From positions 1-64,000 of the forward strand of contig CAWIEK010000057.1 of NCBI GenBank assembly GCA_963835065.1: a DNA stretch of 64,000 nucleotides, in the 5' to 3' direction. A model generated the notes under the pieces. That model had not been told where the DNA came from. It searched no databases and worked only from the letters and a program-made list of their open reading frames with translations. The first letter of the stretch is position 1. The number at the start of each line of letters is the position of its first letter. This DNA comes from an uncultured Chthonomonadaceae bacterium. GTDB lineage: Bacteria > Armatimonadota > Chthonomonadetes > Chthonomonadales > Chthonomonadaceae. Position numbers and translations under genes: made by a program. Of the stretch, positions 30,734 to 40,937 are shown one piece after another.

Positions 30734-31678
30734 TTAATTCGCTCTGCGCTTTTGGCGGCGGGCCAGCAGGAACGTGGACATGCCTGCCGCCACAAACAGG
30801 CACATGCTGCCCGGTTCGGGAACGGCGGTCACGGTGATTCGGCCTACCGGCAGTAACGTGTTCCACGCGAAGGCGCTGAGGAAGCCGCCATTCAAACCCT
30901 GAATACCAGGGTGCAGCGTAATCACGCCGTTTTCGGCGGTATGGCCGCTGGGGATGCTGTTCCAGAAAACAAGGTCGGTTTGCGCTTCAGTATTGACTTC
31001 CGTGCCCGCGTCGTAAGCGTAAATGTCGAACGTTTCAGAGCCGCCCGGCAAATTGAACAGGTTGATGCTGTCCAGGCCGGAAAAGCCGTCGTTGGTGCGA
31101 ACCAGCATAAACTCGCCGGACAATAGTGGGTGCGCGGCATCGGTGGCGATGTCGAACGAAACGCTGGTCTGCGAGGGAACCCAGTTCATAATCGGGAACG
31201 GGGGCGTGAAATTCGCGGGCGCATCCCCGTTGTGGTTGTGCCACTGATTGGACGGATTGGCATTGGGGTTGGCAACTTCGCGGACGGACAACACGCTGCC
31301 GTCGCCGCCGTTACTTGCCAGGTGCGAGTTCAGATTGCCGACAAGGTACGTCGGGTTGCCGAAGTTGCCGGGCTGCTTGGTCAATCCGTTTTCCGCAACG
31401 GACTGCGTCCCGGTAGACGCCGCCTGCCCCAGTCGCCACATGGTAAAGTTGCTGTCGTGGGTGGCAAAAACCGGCTGTGTGAAAACCTGCGAAGAAAAAT
31501 CGTTTTTCGCCCGGTACATGGGGGCTTTGGGCGGGTTGATGGTATCCGTCGCGTCGAAGTTGATGGTGGGCGTGAGATTGGTAAGCGTGACTTCAAAGGT
31601 TGAGAGTTGAGCGTTGGCGGGCTTTATGAACATTCCCAGCGCCATTGCGATCAATGGCGCGACAGCGCGTAGTCGCAT
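30734..31678 (-). CDS. Spondin_N-domain PEP-CTERM protein
   Basis: FEVTLTNLT, ATHD, MLVRTNDGF, YDAGTEVN; VPEPGS + TM + RRQKRR. Confidence 0.9.
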   Translation of the reverse strand: MRLRAVAPLIAMALGMFIKPANAQLSTFEVTLTNLTPTINFDATDTINPPKAPMYRAKNDFSSQVFTQPVFATHDSNFTMWRLGQAASTGTQSVAENGLTKQPGNFGNPTYLVGNLNSHLASNGGDGSVLSVREVANPNANPSNQWHNHNGDAPANFTPPFPIMNWVPSQTSVSFDIATDAAHPLLSGEFMLVRTNDGFSGLDSINLFNLPGGSETFDIYAYDAGTEVNTEAQTDLVFWNSIPSGHTAENGVITLHPGIQGLNGGFLSAFAWNTLLPVGRITVTAVPEPGSMCLFVAAGMSTFLLARRQKRRAN

Positions 31679-31854
31679 ATCGTGATTCTCCTGTGATCTT
31701 GTCCTGCGATTTCAGGTACAGGGCAGTTTCAATGCCCAAAGCCAGAGCGCCGGTTCGCGCTCTGGCAGTGTAAAGAAACGGCTTCCCGATGGCGCAAGGC
31801 CAACATTGCGCAGGTCACCCCCCGCTAAAACGGGAAGCCATTCGTTACGGGTTC

Positions 31855-33186
31855 TTACTCGCTGGCGTCGCCGCCCAGATTGACGGTGACGATGCCCTGC
31901 GGACGCGCCGCTTTCGGCACGGGCAGGGTGATGGGCGAGCTGTTTACTTCCACCAGCCGACCCTTGTTTCCGATTGCCAGCACGTGCAGGACGTTGCCCT
32001 TGCCGATTGTCGTGTCTGTCGTGATACGCTGATCCAGCACGTACAGGTATTTGTTGGTGGATTCCAGCGCCAGCCGGAAGGCTCCGGCAGGTCCGGCGAA
32101 CTTGTTGCCCGGATCGGTAATCGGCGTCAGGGACAGGTGGAACACTTCGGTGGGATTGAGCGGATCGTCCAGGTTGTAGGTGGACACGCTGTTGTCGAAA
32201 GCGTCCGTCACGTACAGCCAGTTCGCAGTCGGGTCCACAATGGACCAGCAGGGCGCAGCGCCGGAGTTCTGGATGGCGCGCAGGAAGGTCAGCTCGCCCT
32301 TATCGTCGTACACGTACACGCCGATCTGATCGTAGGTGACGAAGTTGACGTACAGCACCGGGAACGTTGGGTGGATGGCGGCATTAAGCGGCAGATTGCC
32401 CGCGTCCGGCAGGAACGCATTGGTTGGCGGGGTGTAGACGGGCAGCTTGCGGGGCGAACCCGGCGCGGCCACCAGCTTGCCGTTGTTCTTTATTTTGAAG
32501 GCATCCAGCGCGCCGCCGAATAACTGTGTGCCGAACAGCAGGGAGCCATCCGGCGAAGGGAGGGCAATCGTGGGCGAGGAGCCTGCGGCGATTTCCACCG
32601 TCGAACCCGCAAGCGGCGAAATCGCGCCGTTGTTGGCGACTTTGAAGACCGTATAATTGGGCTTCACGGTTGTCGCGCGGCCCGGGTCGCCGCTCTTGTT
32701 TACGACATACAGGTAGCCGTTCACGAGCGCCAGGCTGACGGGATTGTTGCCGCCACACGCGAAGGGAGAACCCGGCACTTTCGTCAGACTGCCGTCGGTG
32801 TCAATGCGGAACACGGCAATGGTATCGCTGCCGGGATTGACGCAGTACAGGAACTTCTTGTCCGCGCTGACAATCAGGTCGCGGTCGGCGTCGTTGGGGC
32901 CGATAATCTGGCCGGGGTTGCCGACGCCGGTTCCGCCGGTGAGATAGGACGCGAGCGGGGTCAGGCTGCCATCGTTTTCGCGGTGATAGGCCAGAATCTC
33001 GTTCTTGTTGGCGTTAGGGTTGTTGGTACAAACGTAAACGATGACGTTGGGTTTGGCGGCATAGGCGGGCCTGGCGGAAAAGGCTGCCGATACCATCACG
33101 GCGAACAGGGTCACGAGGGTAAACAGAAACCGATTTGCGCATACGCGCCCTCCAGCGCGACTTGCGACGTTGCAATGCTGCTGCAT
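31855..33186 (-). CDS. Secreted lactonase-family beta-propeller protein
   Basis: Repeated DGSLT..GSP, LYVVN and SPDG blades; signal peptide. Confidence 0.85.
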   Translation of the reverse strand: MQQHCNVASRAGGRVCANRFLFTLVTLFAVMVSAAFSARPAYAAKPNVIVYVCTNNPNANKNEILAYHRENDGSLTPLASYLTGGTGVGNPGQIIGPNDADRDLIVSADKKFLYCVNPGSDTIAVFRIDTDGSLTKVPGSPFACGGNNPVSLALVNGYLYVVNKSGDPGRATTVKPNYTVFKVANNGAISPLAGSTVEIAAGSSPTIALPSPDGSLLFGTQLFGGALDAFKIKNNGKLVAAPGSPRKLPVYTPPTNAFLPDAGNLPLNAAIHPTFPVLYVNFVTYDQIGVYVYDDKGELTFLRAIQNSGAAPCWSIVDPTANWLYVTDAFDNSVSTYNLDDPLNPTEVFHLSLTPITDPGNKFAGPAGAFRLALESTNKYLYVLDQRITTDTTIGKGNVLHVLAIGNKGRLVEVNSSPITLPVPKAARPQGIVTVNLGGDASE

Positions 33187-33202
33187 GTTTTGATCCTTCC
33201 TT

Positions 33203-33286
33203 GAGTGACTCTTGCGGAGACACTCTCCTGGAGTAACTTTCTTGAAGTAACTTTCTTGAAGTAACTCTCCTGGCGTATTTCTCTTC
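33203..33286. repeat. Six degenerate 14-bp direct repeats in the leader of the propeller gene
   Basis: gagtgactcttgcg/gagacactctcctg/gagtaactttcttg/aagtaactttcttg/aagtaactctcctg/gcgtatttctcttc. Confidence 0.8.
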
Positions 33287-33456
33287 CCGGCGTCAGCGCC
33301 GAAAAGTGGTCTGTAGAACCGCGTCAGACGGCGGTTCTTTTTTAACGGCCCTGCCCAACTTCGCGCAGGCTGTCAAATTGGCGCGGCGTCAAAGCGCCGC
33401 GATACGAACAGGGCTGTCGAACGCGGAATGACAGGGTCCTGCTCGAAAACTGAAGA

Positions 33457-34305
33457 TTAACGAACCTGTCTGCGGCGGCGAGCGAGCAAACCCATCCCGA
33501 ACGCGCCCAGGCCGGCAAACAGGGCGCAGGCGGAGGGTTCCGGGACGGCTGCGCCCCTGCTGCGCGCGACGAAATTCTCAAACAAGATCGCGTTGTTCTT
33601 GTTGCCCGCATACGTCGCGGGCGGAACAAGCAGGTTCGTGAACAGCACGTCTGTGGCAATCAGGACGCTTCCGGCTCCCGGCCCCAACGCCTCCGGCTCG
33701 ATTTCTCCGAGTTCGGCGATTTTGTGGTTGGCTCCGAGGATCGTGGTGTGGCTGCCCGGAGTCAGGGTTTCCGCTTCCGTAGACGCGAACCGGACGCCGA
33801 AATCAAGCGCGCCGAACGGCCCCTGCGTTGCCAGCCCCGAACCCTTGATTTTGCCTGATTTTGCCCTTTGCGCCCCACCCGAAGGATTGCCGATCTTGCC
33901 GCCGTCCAGCGCCTTCACCAGTTTGTTCGCGCCGAGAAAGGAAAGCGTATCCGAAGTGATAATCAGGCTGTTGCCGGACAGCACGAAATTACGTAGCGCG
34001 CTTACTTCGGCGTTGGAAAGCGAGTCGGCTTCCGCCACAATGAAAACATCAATGCCGCTCAGGGAGGCCGTATTCGCCTTCTTAATATCCGGCGCAAACG
34101 TCACGGTTTCCGGCATCAGCCCCGCCGACCCAAAATTAGCCGGGTTTGCAAGGTCAGCGCGAATGTTGGAGTAGGCGCTGCCGGAAAAGGGGCGCGGCGT
34201 ACGCGAAGCATCAAAAGAGCCGAAAACAATCTGCGCTTGCGCACAGGAGGAAACAATCCCTGTGAGAAGGATGCCAAGTGACCATCCATAAAAGCGAATC
34301 CGCAT
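33457..34305 (-). CDS. PEP-CTERM protein of unknown function
   Basis: AGGAGG RBS, signal peptide, AVPEPS + TM + RRRR. Confidence 0.88.
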   Translation of the reverse strand: MRIRFYGWSLGILLTGIVSSCAQAQIVFGSFDASRTPRPFSGSAYSNIRADLANPANFGSAGLMPETVTFAPDIKKANTASLSGIDVFIVAEADSLSNAEVSALRNFVLSGNSLIITSDTLSFLGANKLVKALDGGKIGNPSGGAQRAKSGKIKGSGLATQGPFGALDFGVRFASTEAETLTPGSHTTILGANHKIAELGEIEPEALGPGAGSVLIATDVLFTNLLVPPATYAGNKNNAILFENFVARSRGAAVPEPSACALFAGLGAFGMGLLARRRRQVR

Positions 34306-34375
34306 TGAGACACTCCTCCTGCGATAAGAACATAGATGTGTAATGGAAAGTTCACATCTATTCAGATATTTATAT

Positions 34376-34392
34376 TGCAAGATTCATGCCAA
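34376..34392 (-). promoter_or_regulatory. Sigma-54 (-24/-12) promoter
   Basis: Minus strand TTGGCATGAATCTTGCA = GG-N10-GC, ~70 nt upstream of the PEP-CTERM start; AT-rich region beyond. Confidence 0.75.
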
Positions 34393-34610
34393 AACGCGCA
34401 TTTTTACCTGTCTAACCTGATTAAATTAGATTTAACGGGTTAAAATTACTCTTTAAGCGTAAATTATAGTATTCTTATCAGGTAGGTTTTTATAAGCGCC
34501 TGCCCGTTCTATAGGCTGAAATCACGAGAACAACGCTGTTGTCAGAAATCAGCCCTGCAAAAAAGATCAGGCAAAAAGGATCAGGCAAACTCGCTGAACG
34601 CTGCCTGCTT

Positions 34611-35024
34611 TCAGGAACGGTAGCGGCGTTCGGCTTCCTGTATGGGCATGTCGTTGATGCTGGCGTCCCGGCGCTGCATCAAGCCGTTTTCGGCAAATTC
34701 CCAATGCTCGTTGCCATGCGAACGATACCATTGCCCGGCAGCGTCGTGCCACTCGTACTCGAACCGCACCGAAATGCGGTTTCCTGTGAAGCACCACAGT
34801 TCTTTTTTCAGGCGATAATCCAGTTCCTTCGCCCATTTGCGGCGCAGAAAGGCTTTGATCGCTTCGCGCCCCTGAAAAAACTCGTCACGGTTGCGCCAAT
34901 GGCTGTCTTCGGTGTAAGCAAGGGCGACGCGCTCCGGGTCGCGCGTATTCCAGGCGTCTTCGGCGGCCTGCACTTTGGCGCGCGCCGTTTCCGCGGTGAA
35001 AGGTGGATAAATGATAGTAGACAT
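34611..35024 (-). CDS. DUF1348 (NTF2/SnoaL-like) protein
   Basis: [40 protein letters not shown]. Confidence 0.93.
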   Translation of the reverse strand: MSTIIYPPFTAETARAKVQAAEDAWNTRDPERVALAYTEDSHWRNRDEFFQGREAIKAFLRRKWAKELDYRLKKELWCFTGNRISVRFEYEWHDAAGQWYRSHGNEHWEFAENGLMQRRDASINDMPIQEAERRYRS

Positions 35025-35121
35025 AGCGAATTTTGTCGAGTGAATGGGTCAAGAGCGTCGGGAAGCGGGCCAAAAACGCAGTCCGCTTCCTTTTCGCGTT
35101 GTTGGCGTTGAAGCGAACCTC

Positions 35122-35676
35122 TTATGCCGCTTGTGAATGGGTCAGGACTTGCACTTTCGGGAAGTCAATGTCGGTCTGCGCGGCGGTGTTGAAGTAGTTG
35201 GTGAAGATGTTCAGAGCGACATTGGCAATGATTTCGCCGACCTCGCCTTCCGTAAAGCCCGCCGCGCGTACCTGGGCGACATCGGCTTCCGACACCGCGC
35301 CGTGCCGGGAAATCAGGGTATGGGCAAACTGTAAAGCGGCCTGCGACTTTGGATCGGCGGCATTGCCCTGACGGCTGGCAAGAATACTTTCGTCATCCAG
35401 CTTTGCCATCTTGCCCAGCGCGGTGTGCGCGGAAAGGCAATAATTGCAGCCGTTCTGTTCGGCAACGGCCAGAGCGAGCTGCGCCCGCAACGCGGCGCTT
35501 AACGTGCCTTTGGCAAGCGCGCCGCTGAAACTCAGATAGCCTTCCAGCACGGCGGGAGATTGGGCCATAGTGCGCATCATGTTGGGGGTGATGCCGAGTT
35601 TGCCCTGCACAGCATCGAGCAGGTCTTTGGCCGTGCCCTGGGCCTGTGTGGGATCAAGGGCAGTCAAACGAGACAT
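35122..35676 (-). CDS. Carboxymuconolactone decarboxylase / AhpD-like protein
   Basis: PNMMRTMAQSP, NGCNYCLSAH, FTNYFN..IDFP. Confidence 0.92.
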   Translation of the reverse strand: MSRLTALDPTQAQGTAKDLLDAVQGKLGITPNMMRTMAQSPAVLEGYLSFSGALAKGTLSAALRAQLALAVAEQNGCNYCLSAHTALGKMAKLDDESILASRQGNAADPKSQAALQFAHTLISRHGAVSEADVAQVRAAGFTEGEVGEIIANVALNIFTNYFNTAAQTDIDFPKVQVLTHSQAA

Positions 35677-35714
35677 AGGATAGCTCCTTTGCTAAAAGAG
35701 AAGAGTGCAGCAAA

Positions 35715-35800
35715 CTAACTGCTCATACAGTATAATACAAGTTAGGCGGATTTACTGTTAAATTTGTCACTAACCGCAAAATTATTTTTTCAAAGGTTAG
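35715..35800. promoter_or_regulatory. Two CTAAC-N21-GTTAG palindromic sites in a divergent promoter
   Basis: 35715-35745 and 35770-35800 have identical half-sites and spacing. Confidence 0.65.
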
Positions 35801-35902
35801 ATTGAGCCGGAATAACGGAATAACAAAATTCAGGAAATCGGAAGTCGAACTCAGGAAAGTGGCAGACAAGATCAGGAAAGCAGGAAAGCAGGGGTTTATA
35901 CA

Positions 35903-36511
35903 GTGCAAGCAGGGACGATCCCGTTTTTGTTTTTGGGAAATGTGTTGTGCCTCGATTTTATCAACACGGAAATCATCGCAAAGGGGCAGCGGGTCAGTCT
36001 TATCAACGACTTTGCGGACTTGCGCAACTGGCTTGTTGCGGTGGGCGCGATAAGCGAAATGGAATTTGTGGCTGCGGAAGCCGCCTGGAACGGGGAGGAA
36101 AAGGAAGCCGCGCTGCGGGAGGCGTTGTCCTTCCGCGCGCTGCTGCGGCGCATGGCCGAGCAGGTAACGCAGGGCGCAGGCGTTTCCGAAGATATTCTCG
36201 ACGCCATAAACGAGCGCCTGACGGAAAGCAGAGGCCACGCCGGGCTGGTTAAAACCGAACAGGGTTACATTAAAACCTACCATTTCGCGTGGAAAACAAG
36301 CCTGTCGCTGTTAGCGCCCGTCGCGGCGTCCGCCGCCGACTTGCTTGCCGGGGGAGATTTGTCGTATCTGCGCAAATGCGAGAACCCGGCCTGCATCCTG
36401 TATTTTTATGATGTTTCCAAAAATCACAAGCGGCGCTGGTGCAGCATGAGCATTTGCGGCAACCGATTTAAGGTTGCCGCCCACTACAAACGGCAGCGCG
36501 AACAATGCTGA
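35903..36511 (+). CDS. ABATE / CGNR zinc-finger regulator
   Basis: LCLDFINT; CENPACILYFYDVSKNHKRRWCSMSICGNR. Confidence 0.93.
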   Translation: MQAGTIPFLFLGNVLCLDFINTEIIAKGQRVSLINDFADLRNWLVAVGAISEMEFVAAEAAWNGEEKEAALREALSFRALLRRMAEQVTQGAGVSEDILDAINERLTESRGHAGLVKTEQGYIKTYHFAWKTSLSLLAPVAASAADLLAGGDLSYLRKCENPACILYFYDVSKNHKRRWCSMSICGNRFKVAAHYKRQREQC

Positions 36512-36554
36512 CCTGACATAGTTCTCAGCCCTCACCCCTCGTCTATGACTGGCA

Positions 36555-37153
36555 TTATTCCCGCGCCCCATGATGGTCTACGGGTACGAACTGCTTTTCC
36601 GCCATGATGCGCTTGACGCGCTCGTAGGAGATGGGCATGTAGTGGTGGCAGTCCACGCCCACGTCAAACGAAAGGCTGTTCGGATCGTCGGGCAAGGAAC
36701 AGTGACTATGCCCGTACAAATGCCATGCGCCGTGATGCGACTTGTTCCAAACCCGGAAAGCGTAGTGGCACAGAACGATGCGCCGCTTGCAATCCGGCGC
36801 GTCCTCGTCGTCCACTTTCAATTCGTAGTAGTCTTTGATCCACTCGAAAGCGTCTTTCATGGACTCGGCGGTTTTGTCATGGTTGCCGCGTATCAGGCAG
36901 ATGCGCCCGTTCAAACGGCGGCGGATCGCAATCGCCTGCGGCGTCGGCAGCATGAAAATATCTCCGAGATGATACACCACGTCCTTTTGGCCCACAACCG
37001 CGTTCCAGTTTTCGATCAGCGCCTCGTTCATCTCAGTCACATCTGCAAACGGACGCTCAGAAAAATTTGATTATGTTGGCGTGGCCGAAAGTGGCTGTCC
37101 GAAGTGAACCAGATTTGGGAACTGGGCTTCGGACAGGTATTACCTTGATTCAT
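36555..37153 (-). CDS. Calcineurin-like phosphoesterase, +1 indel near 37089
   Basis: IWFTSDSHF|GHANII restored by removing one base; VYHLGD, IRGNHD, LCHY, LYGHSH; AAAGGAGA RBS. Confidence 0.85.
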
Positions 37154-37259
37154 TGGATTGAATCTCCTTTCACATTAGATTCTGCTGGATTTCTTCACGC
37201 CTGCGCCCGTTTGCTTTCTCTGTCTGCTGTAAAGACGATGGCGGGGTACAGACAATTTC

Positions 37260-38153
37260 TTATCGTTTCAGACTACGCGAAAAGTAAACTACAAAGCGCC
37301 GGAAGTTGCTGACAAACGATTTTCTTACCGGCTGCGTATTCGCGCCGTTCCCGCGGACCTGCTTCTTCTGGAAACGCCTGTATTCCAGCGCGCGCGTCAG
37401 CCAATCTTCAATAAGCGCTTCATCAGGGCGTAAAGCCAGCGCAGCGGCAAGCGCGGAAACCGCTTCACTTGAACGCTCATCCCAATCAAGGGACAACCCC
37501 AGCATAAAGTGACATCCTGCGCAGGATGGATCAAGCCGCGCGGCTTCACGGTAGGCCATTGCGCTCTGGAGGCTATCGCCGGATTGCTCCAGTACACAGC
37601 CCAAATGATAATAGGCATTGGCTTCATTGGGATCGAAAGAAATTGCTTTCCTGAATGCCTCGGCTGCGTTTTTGAAATCGCCTTGTTCTTCAAAGCACCG
37701 CGCAAGGTAGTAGTACGCGAAGTGATTGGAGGGCTTCAAGTCTATTGCGGCACGACAAGCGGCGGCGGCTTCAACAAAATTGCCTTGCTGAAACAGCGCA
37801 TACCCCAGATTGCCATAAATTTCAGAGTTGTTGGAAGCATTCGGATCAAGTTGAAGCGCTGTCAACAGTTCTGCGCGCGCTTCCGGGAACAAGCCCTGTT
37901 CCAGCAAAATCATGCCGGAATAATGGTGGGGGAGAGCGAGATGCGGATTTATGGAAGTGGCTTTGCGGCACATTTCCAGCGCGTCCTGTACGTTTTCCTG
38001 CTTGTTCAGCGCATACGCGAGGGTGCAATAGGGCTGTGCCAAACCGGGGTTGAGAGTCAGCAGCGCGTGAAATTGTTCAGCCGCGCCGCTCCAGTCATGC
38101 TGCTGAAGCAGTATAAGTCCCTGATTGTACATTGCCAGTTCGCGCGCATCCAT
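37260..38153 (-). CDS. TPR repeat protein
   Basis: About seven TPR units (YGNLG..A..AI.L.P, AYYHLG). Confidence 0.88.
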   Translation of the reverse strand: MDARELAMYNQGLILLQQHDWSGAAEQFHALLTLNPGLAQPYCTLAYALNKQENVQDALEMCRKATSINPHLALPHHYSGMILLEQGLFPEARAELLTALQLDPNASNNSEIYGNLGYALFQQGNFVEAAAACRAAIDLKPSNHFAYYYLARCFEEQGDFKNAAEAFRKAISFDPNEANAYYHLGCVLEQSGDSLQSAMAYREAARLDPSCAGCHFMLGLSLDWDERSSEAVSALAAALALRPDEALIEDWLTRALEYRRFQKKQVRGNGANTQPVRKSFVSNFRRFVVYFSRSLKR

Positions 38154-38341
38154 AGCGGTTTACCCCATTTAATCTCGAATGAAGTGTCTGACTTTTATTG
38201 CAGCATGTTACTCCGGTTTCAAACACGGCGCAGACGCGCCGACGTCAAATACAGTGACAGCAGTCTTGTCAGGGCAGGCAGGCTGTGTTATACTAACGCG
38301 GCAAGCAAAATAAAGTTACCACAAATCGGGAGGCGAGAACA

Positions 38342-38866
38342 ATGGCGGAAACGGTGATTAGCAGCGAAGAGATTTACAAGGGTAGGATCGTGCATCTGCA
38401 CGTGGATACGGTGCGGCTGGAAAACGGCAACGAAGCCAAGCGGGAAATCGTTTCGCACGGCGGCGCAGTCTGCATCGTGCCGGTCATGGAAGATGGAACG
38501 GTTCTGCTGGTGAAGCAGTTCCGGCTGGCGACCGGCAAAGTGCTGCTGGAAATCCCCGCCGGAACGCTGGAAAAGGACGAAGACCCCGATGCCTGCGCCC
38601 TGCGCGAACTGGAAGAAGAGACCGGCTACAAAGCCGCCCATCTGCGCCCGCTCTTCACCACCTACCTGGCTCCCGGCTACTCCACAGAACTCATTCACGC
38701 TTACCTGGCAACCGGCCTGACCAAAACCCAAACCCACTTCGACGAGGGCGAAGACCTGGAACTGGTTCCCATGCCCCTCGAAGAAGCCGAGCAGCGCGTC
38801 CTCGCCGGCGAACTCCAGGACGCCAAAACCATCGCGGCCCTCCTCGTCGCAAGAAGAGTAATGTAA
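38342..38866 (+). CDS. nudF: NUDIX hydrolase, ADP-ribose pyrophosphatase-like
   Basis: REIVSHGGAV, KQFR, EIPAG..E..CALRELEEETG, DAKT. Confidence 0.9.
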   Translation: MAETVISSEEIYKGRIVHLHVDTVRLENGNEAKREIVSHGGAVCIVPVMEDGTVLLVKQFRLATGKVLLEIPAGTLEKDEDPDACALRELEEETGYKAAHLRPLFTTYLAPGYSTELIHAYLATGLTKTQTHFDEGEDLELVPMPLEEAEQRVLAGELQDAKTIAALLVARRVM

Positions 38867-39222
38867 CCACCCGCTGCGCTAGAGACACAGAGAAACAGAG
38901 GTTTCACAGAGGAAGAAAAGAAGAAAAGGAGAAGAGGAGAGAGGAAACCGCGAAACACACGAAATAAACGAAAAAAGAAGAAAAGAAAGAAGACAAAGCA
39001 AAAAGTTCGAAGAATGTTCCAAAACCGTTCGGCTTTTCTGCTTCCTTTAGCAATCCGGTTTAATCCTTGTAATCCTGTTAATCCTGTCTATTTCCTCTTC
39101 GCCTTTTTTTTCGTCTTGGTTCGTGTGTTTCGCGGTTCCCATCTCTCCTCTTCTCCTTTTCTCCTTTTCTTCTTTTCTCTGTGAAACCTCTGTGTCTCTG
39201 TGTCTCTAGCGCAGCGGGTGGT
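38866..39222. repeat. Nested modular palindrome P1 (~357 bp)
   Basis: ACCACCCGCTGCGCTAGAGACACAGAG..purine tract..AACCGCGAAACACACGAA mirrored at the right end; unpaired AATCCTGT module inside. Confidence 0.92.
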
Positions 39223-39230
39223 GAATTCTC

Positions 39231-39950
39231 CTACCGCGTGTGCAGGCCGCACTCCAGTTTGACGGAATTGGACCAGCGGCCCGCGCGCTCGTCTTCGCCC
39301 GTCTGAACGGCGCGGGTGCAATGGCGGCAGCCGATGCTTGGGAAGCCCTGATCGTGGAGCGGGTTGTAGGGAACCTCGTTGATGCGGATGTACGCCCACA
39401 CGTCGCGCTTGGTCCAGTTGGCAAGCGGGTTTACCTTGACGAGATTGAACTTTTTGTCCCATTCGATGATGTCGGCCTGCGCGCGGTCGGGAGTCTGGTC
39501 CCGGCGAATGGCGGAAATCCAGGCATCGTAACCCACAAGGGCGTTCTTGAGCGGCTCGATTTTGCGGATGCGGCAGCACTCGTCCGGCTGTGTGCCATAA
39601 ATCGGGCCACCCAACCGGCGTTCCATCTCTTCTACGGACTCGCGCGCTCGGACGTACTCTACGGTGATGCCGTACTGTTCGCGGATGCGCTCGCGCAATG
39701 CCAGCGTTTCCTGAAACTGGTAGCCGGTTTCCAGATTGAAAATGCGCGCGTCCCGCCCGCCGGGGATTTCCGACAGCATTGCCAGCAGGACGCATCCTTC
39801 CGCGCCGAAGGCGGTTGCCATCGTCAGCGAAGCGCCATAGGTCTGTACCGCCCACCGCAAAATCTCTTCGGGCGACTTGTCTTCAAACGTCAGGCTGAGA
39901 GCGTGAAGCTCTTCGGCGGAGTAGTGGGGTATGGTTGTTTGCGCGGCCAT
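39231..39950 (-). CDS. cysH: APS/PAPS reductase
   Basis: TAFG, LETGYQF, CCRIRK, SIGCRHCT (Fe-S type), ECGLH. Confidence 0.95.
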   Translation of the reverse strand: MAAQTTIPHYSAEELHALSLTFEDKSPEEILRWAVQTYGASLTMATAFGAEGCVLLAMLSEIPGGRDARIFNLETGYQFQETLALRERIREQYGITVEYVRARESVEEMERRLGGPIYGTQPDECCRIRKIEPLKNALVGYDAWISAIRRDQTPDRAQADIIEWDKKFNLVKVNPLANWTKRDVWAYIRINEVPYNPLHDQGFPSIGCRHCTRAVQTGEDERAGRWSNSVKLECGLHTR

Positions 39951-39983
39951 GCGTGACTTCCTGACCTCCCGCGGCAACGGGAA

Positions 39984-40035
39984 ATAAACTTGACTAATCT
40001 GATAAGATTATAGTACAATTGGCGCGGTTTGTCAA
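39984..40035. promoter_or_regulatory. Overlapping divergent sigma-70 promoters of cysH/cysC with an imperfect palindrome
   Basis: Minus TTGACA(40035-30)-N17-TATAAT(40012-07); plus TTGACT(39990)-N18-TACAAT; TAATCTGATAAGATTA dyad between them. Confidence 0.75.
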
Positions 40036-40076
40036 GACATTTTGCAGGGCAGGAACCAAAAGCGGGAGCCGAAAGT

Positions 40077-40625
40077 ATGGGGGCGCACAAGGGATTTATT
40101 TTGTGGTTTACCGGCATGTCCGGCGCGGGCAAGTCCACGCTTGCCGAACATCTGACGCAGGAATTTACTCAGCGCGGCTATAAAGCAGAGCTGCTGGACG
40201 GCGACGAGGTTCGCGCCCATTTGTCCAAAGGGCTGAGTTTTTCCAAAGAAGACCGCGATACCAATGTTCGCCGCATCGGGTGGGTGGCGCGGGTTCTGGC
40301 GCGGAACGGCGTGATTGCCGTGACCGCCGCGATTTCGCCCTACGCGGACATTCGCAACGAGATACGGGCGGAAACCGAAAAGGAAGGCCGCGCCGCGTTT
40401 GTGGAAGTGTTCGCCCATGCCCCTCTCGAAGCCCTCGTTGAGCGCGATGTAAAAGGGCTGTACAAGAAAGCGCTGGCAGGCGAAATAGCAAATTTTACGG
40501 GCGTGTCCGACCCCTACGAAGCCCCGCAAACCCCCGACGTCGTAGCCCGCACCAGTCAGGAAACGGTTCAGGAGTCGGCGGATCACATTCTCAAGTATTT
40601 GTCTGACGAAGGCTTGATTGGGTAA
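40077..40625 (+). CDS. cysC: Adenylyl-sulfate kinase
   Basis: [36 protein letters not shown]. Confidence 0.96.
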   Translation: MGAHKGFILWFTGMSGAGKSTLAEHLTQEFTQRGYKAELLDGDEVRAHLSKGLSFSKEDRDTNVRRIGWVARVLARNGVIAVTAAISPYADIRNEIRAETEKEGRAAFVEVFAHAPLEALVERDVKGLYKKALAGEIANFTGVSDPYEAPQTPDVVARTSQETVQESADHILKYLSDEGLIG

Positions 40626-40937
40626 CGCGACCTGCCCCTGATCTACCCTCGGTATTTTAGACCGATGGAAATGTTAGTCTCCGCCTGGTTGCGAGTGGCG
40701 AACAGTTCTCAAATAAACGCGCCGCGTCACAAACAGCCGCCTGTCTCGTTCCCAAATAGCGAAGCAGGCGGCTGTCCCTCCGCCAACAAGCAGCATCCGG
40801 CCTGTGCCACAACCTTCTCACGCTCCGGTTTTGGATAGAGAAACATGCCTCAATAGCTGTTAGAAAAAGAGGTGGGAGAAGTTGCTGTCGCCTGAACGCG
40901 CCTTGACCCGAAGCGGTTTGTGCCGTATACTGACGGC

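Noticed and set aside
33316..33342. Hairpin plus T-run as terminator or riboswitch of the PEP-CTERM cluster
   Set aside because: The T-run is on the plus strand while the genes are on the minus strand, and I recognise no aptamer.
35830..35895. Four CAGGAAA motifs upstream of the CGNR gene as CsrA sites or an sRNA
   Set aside because: Irregular spacing and no clear hairpins; too little support.
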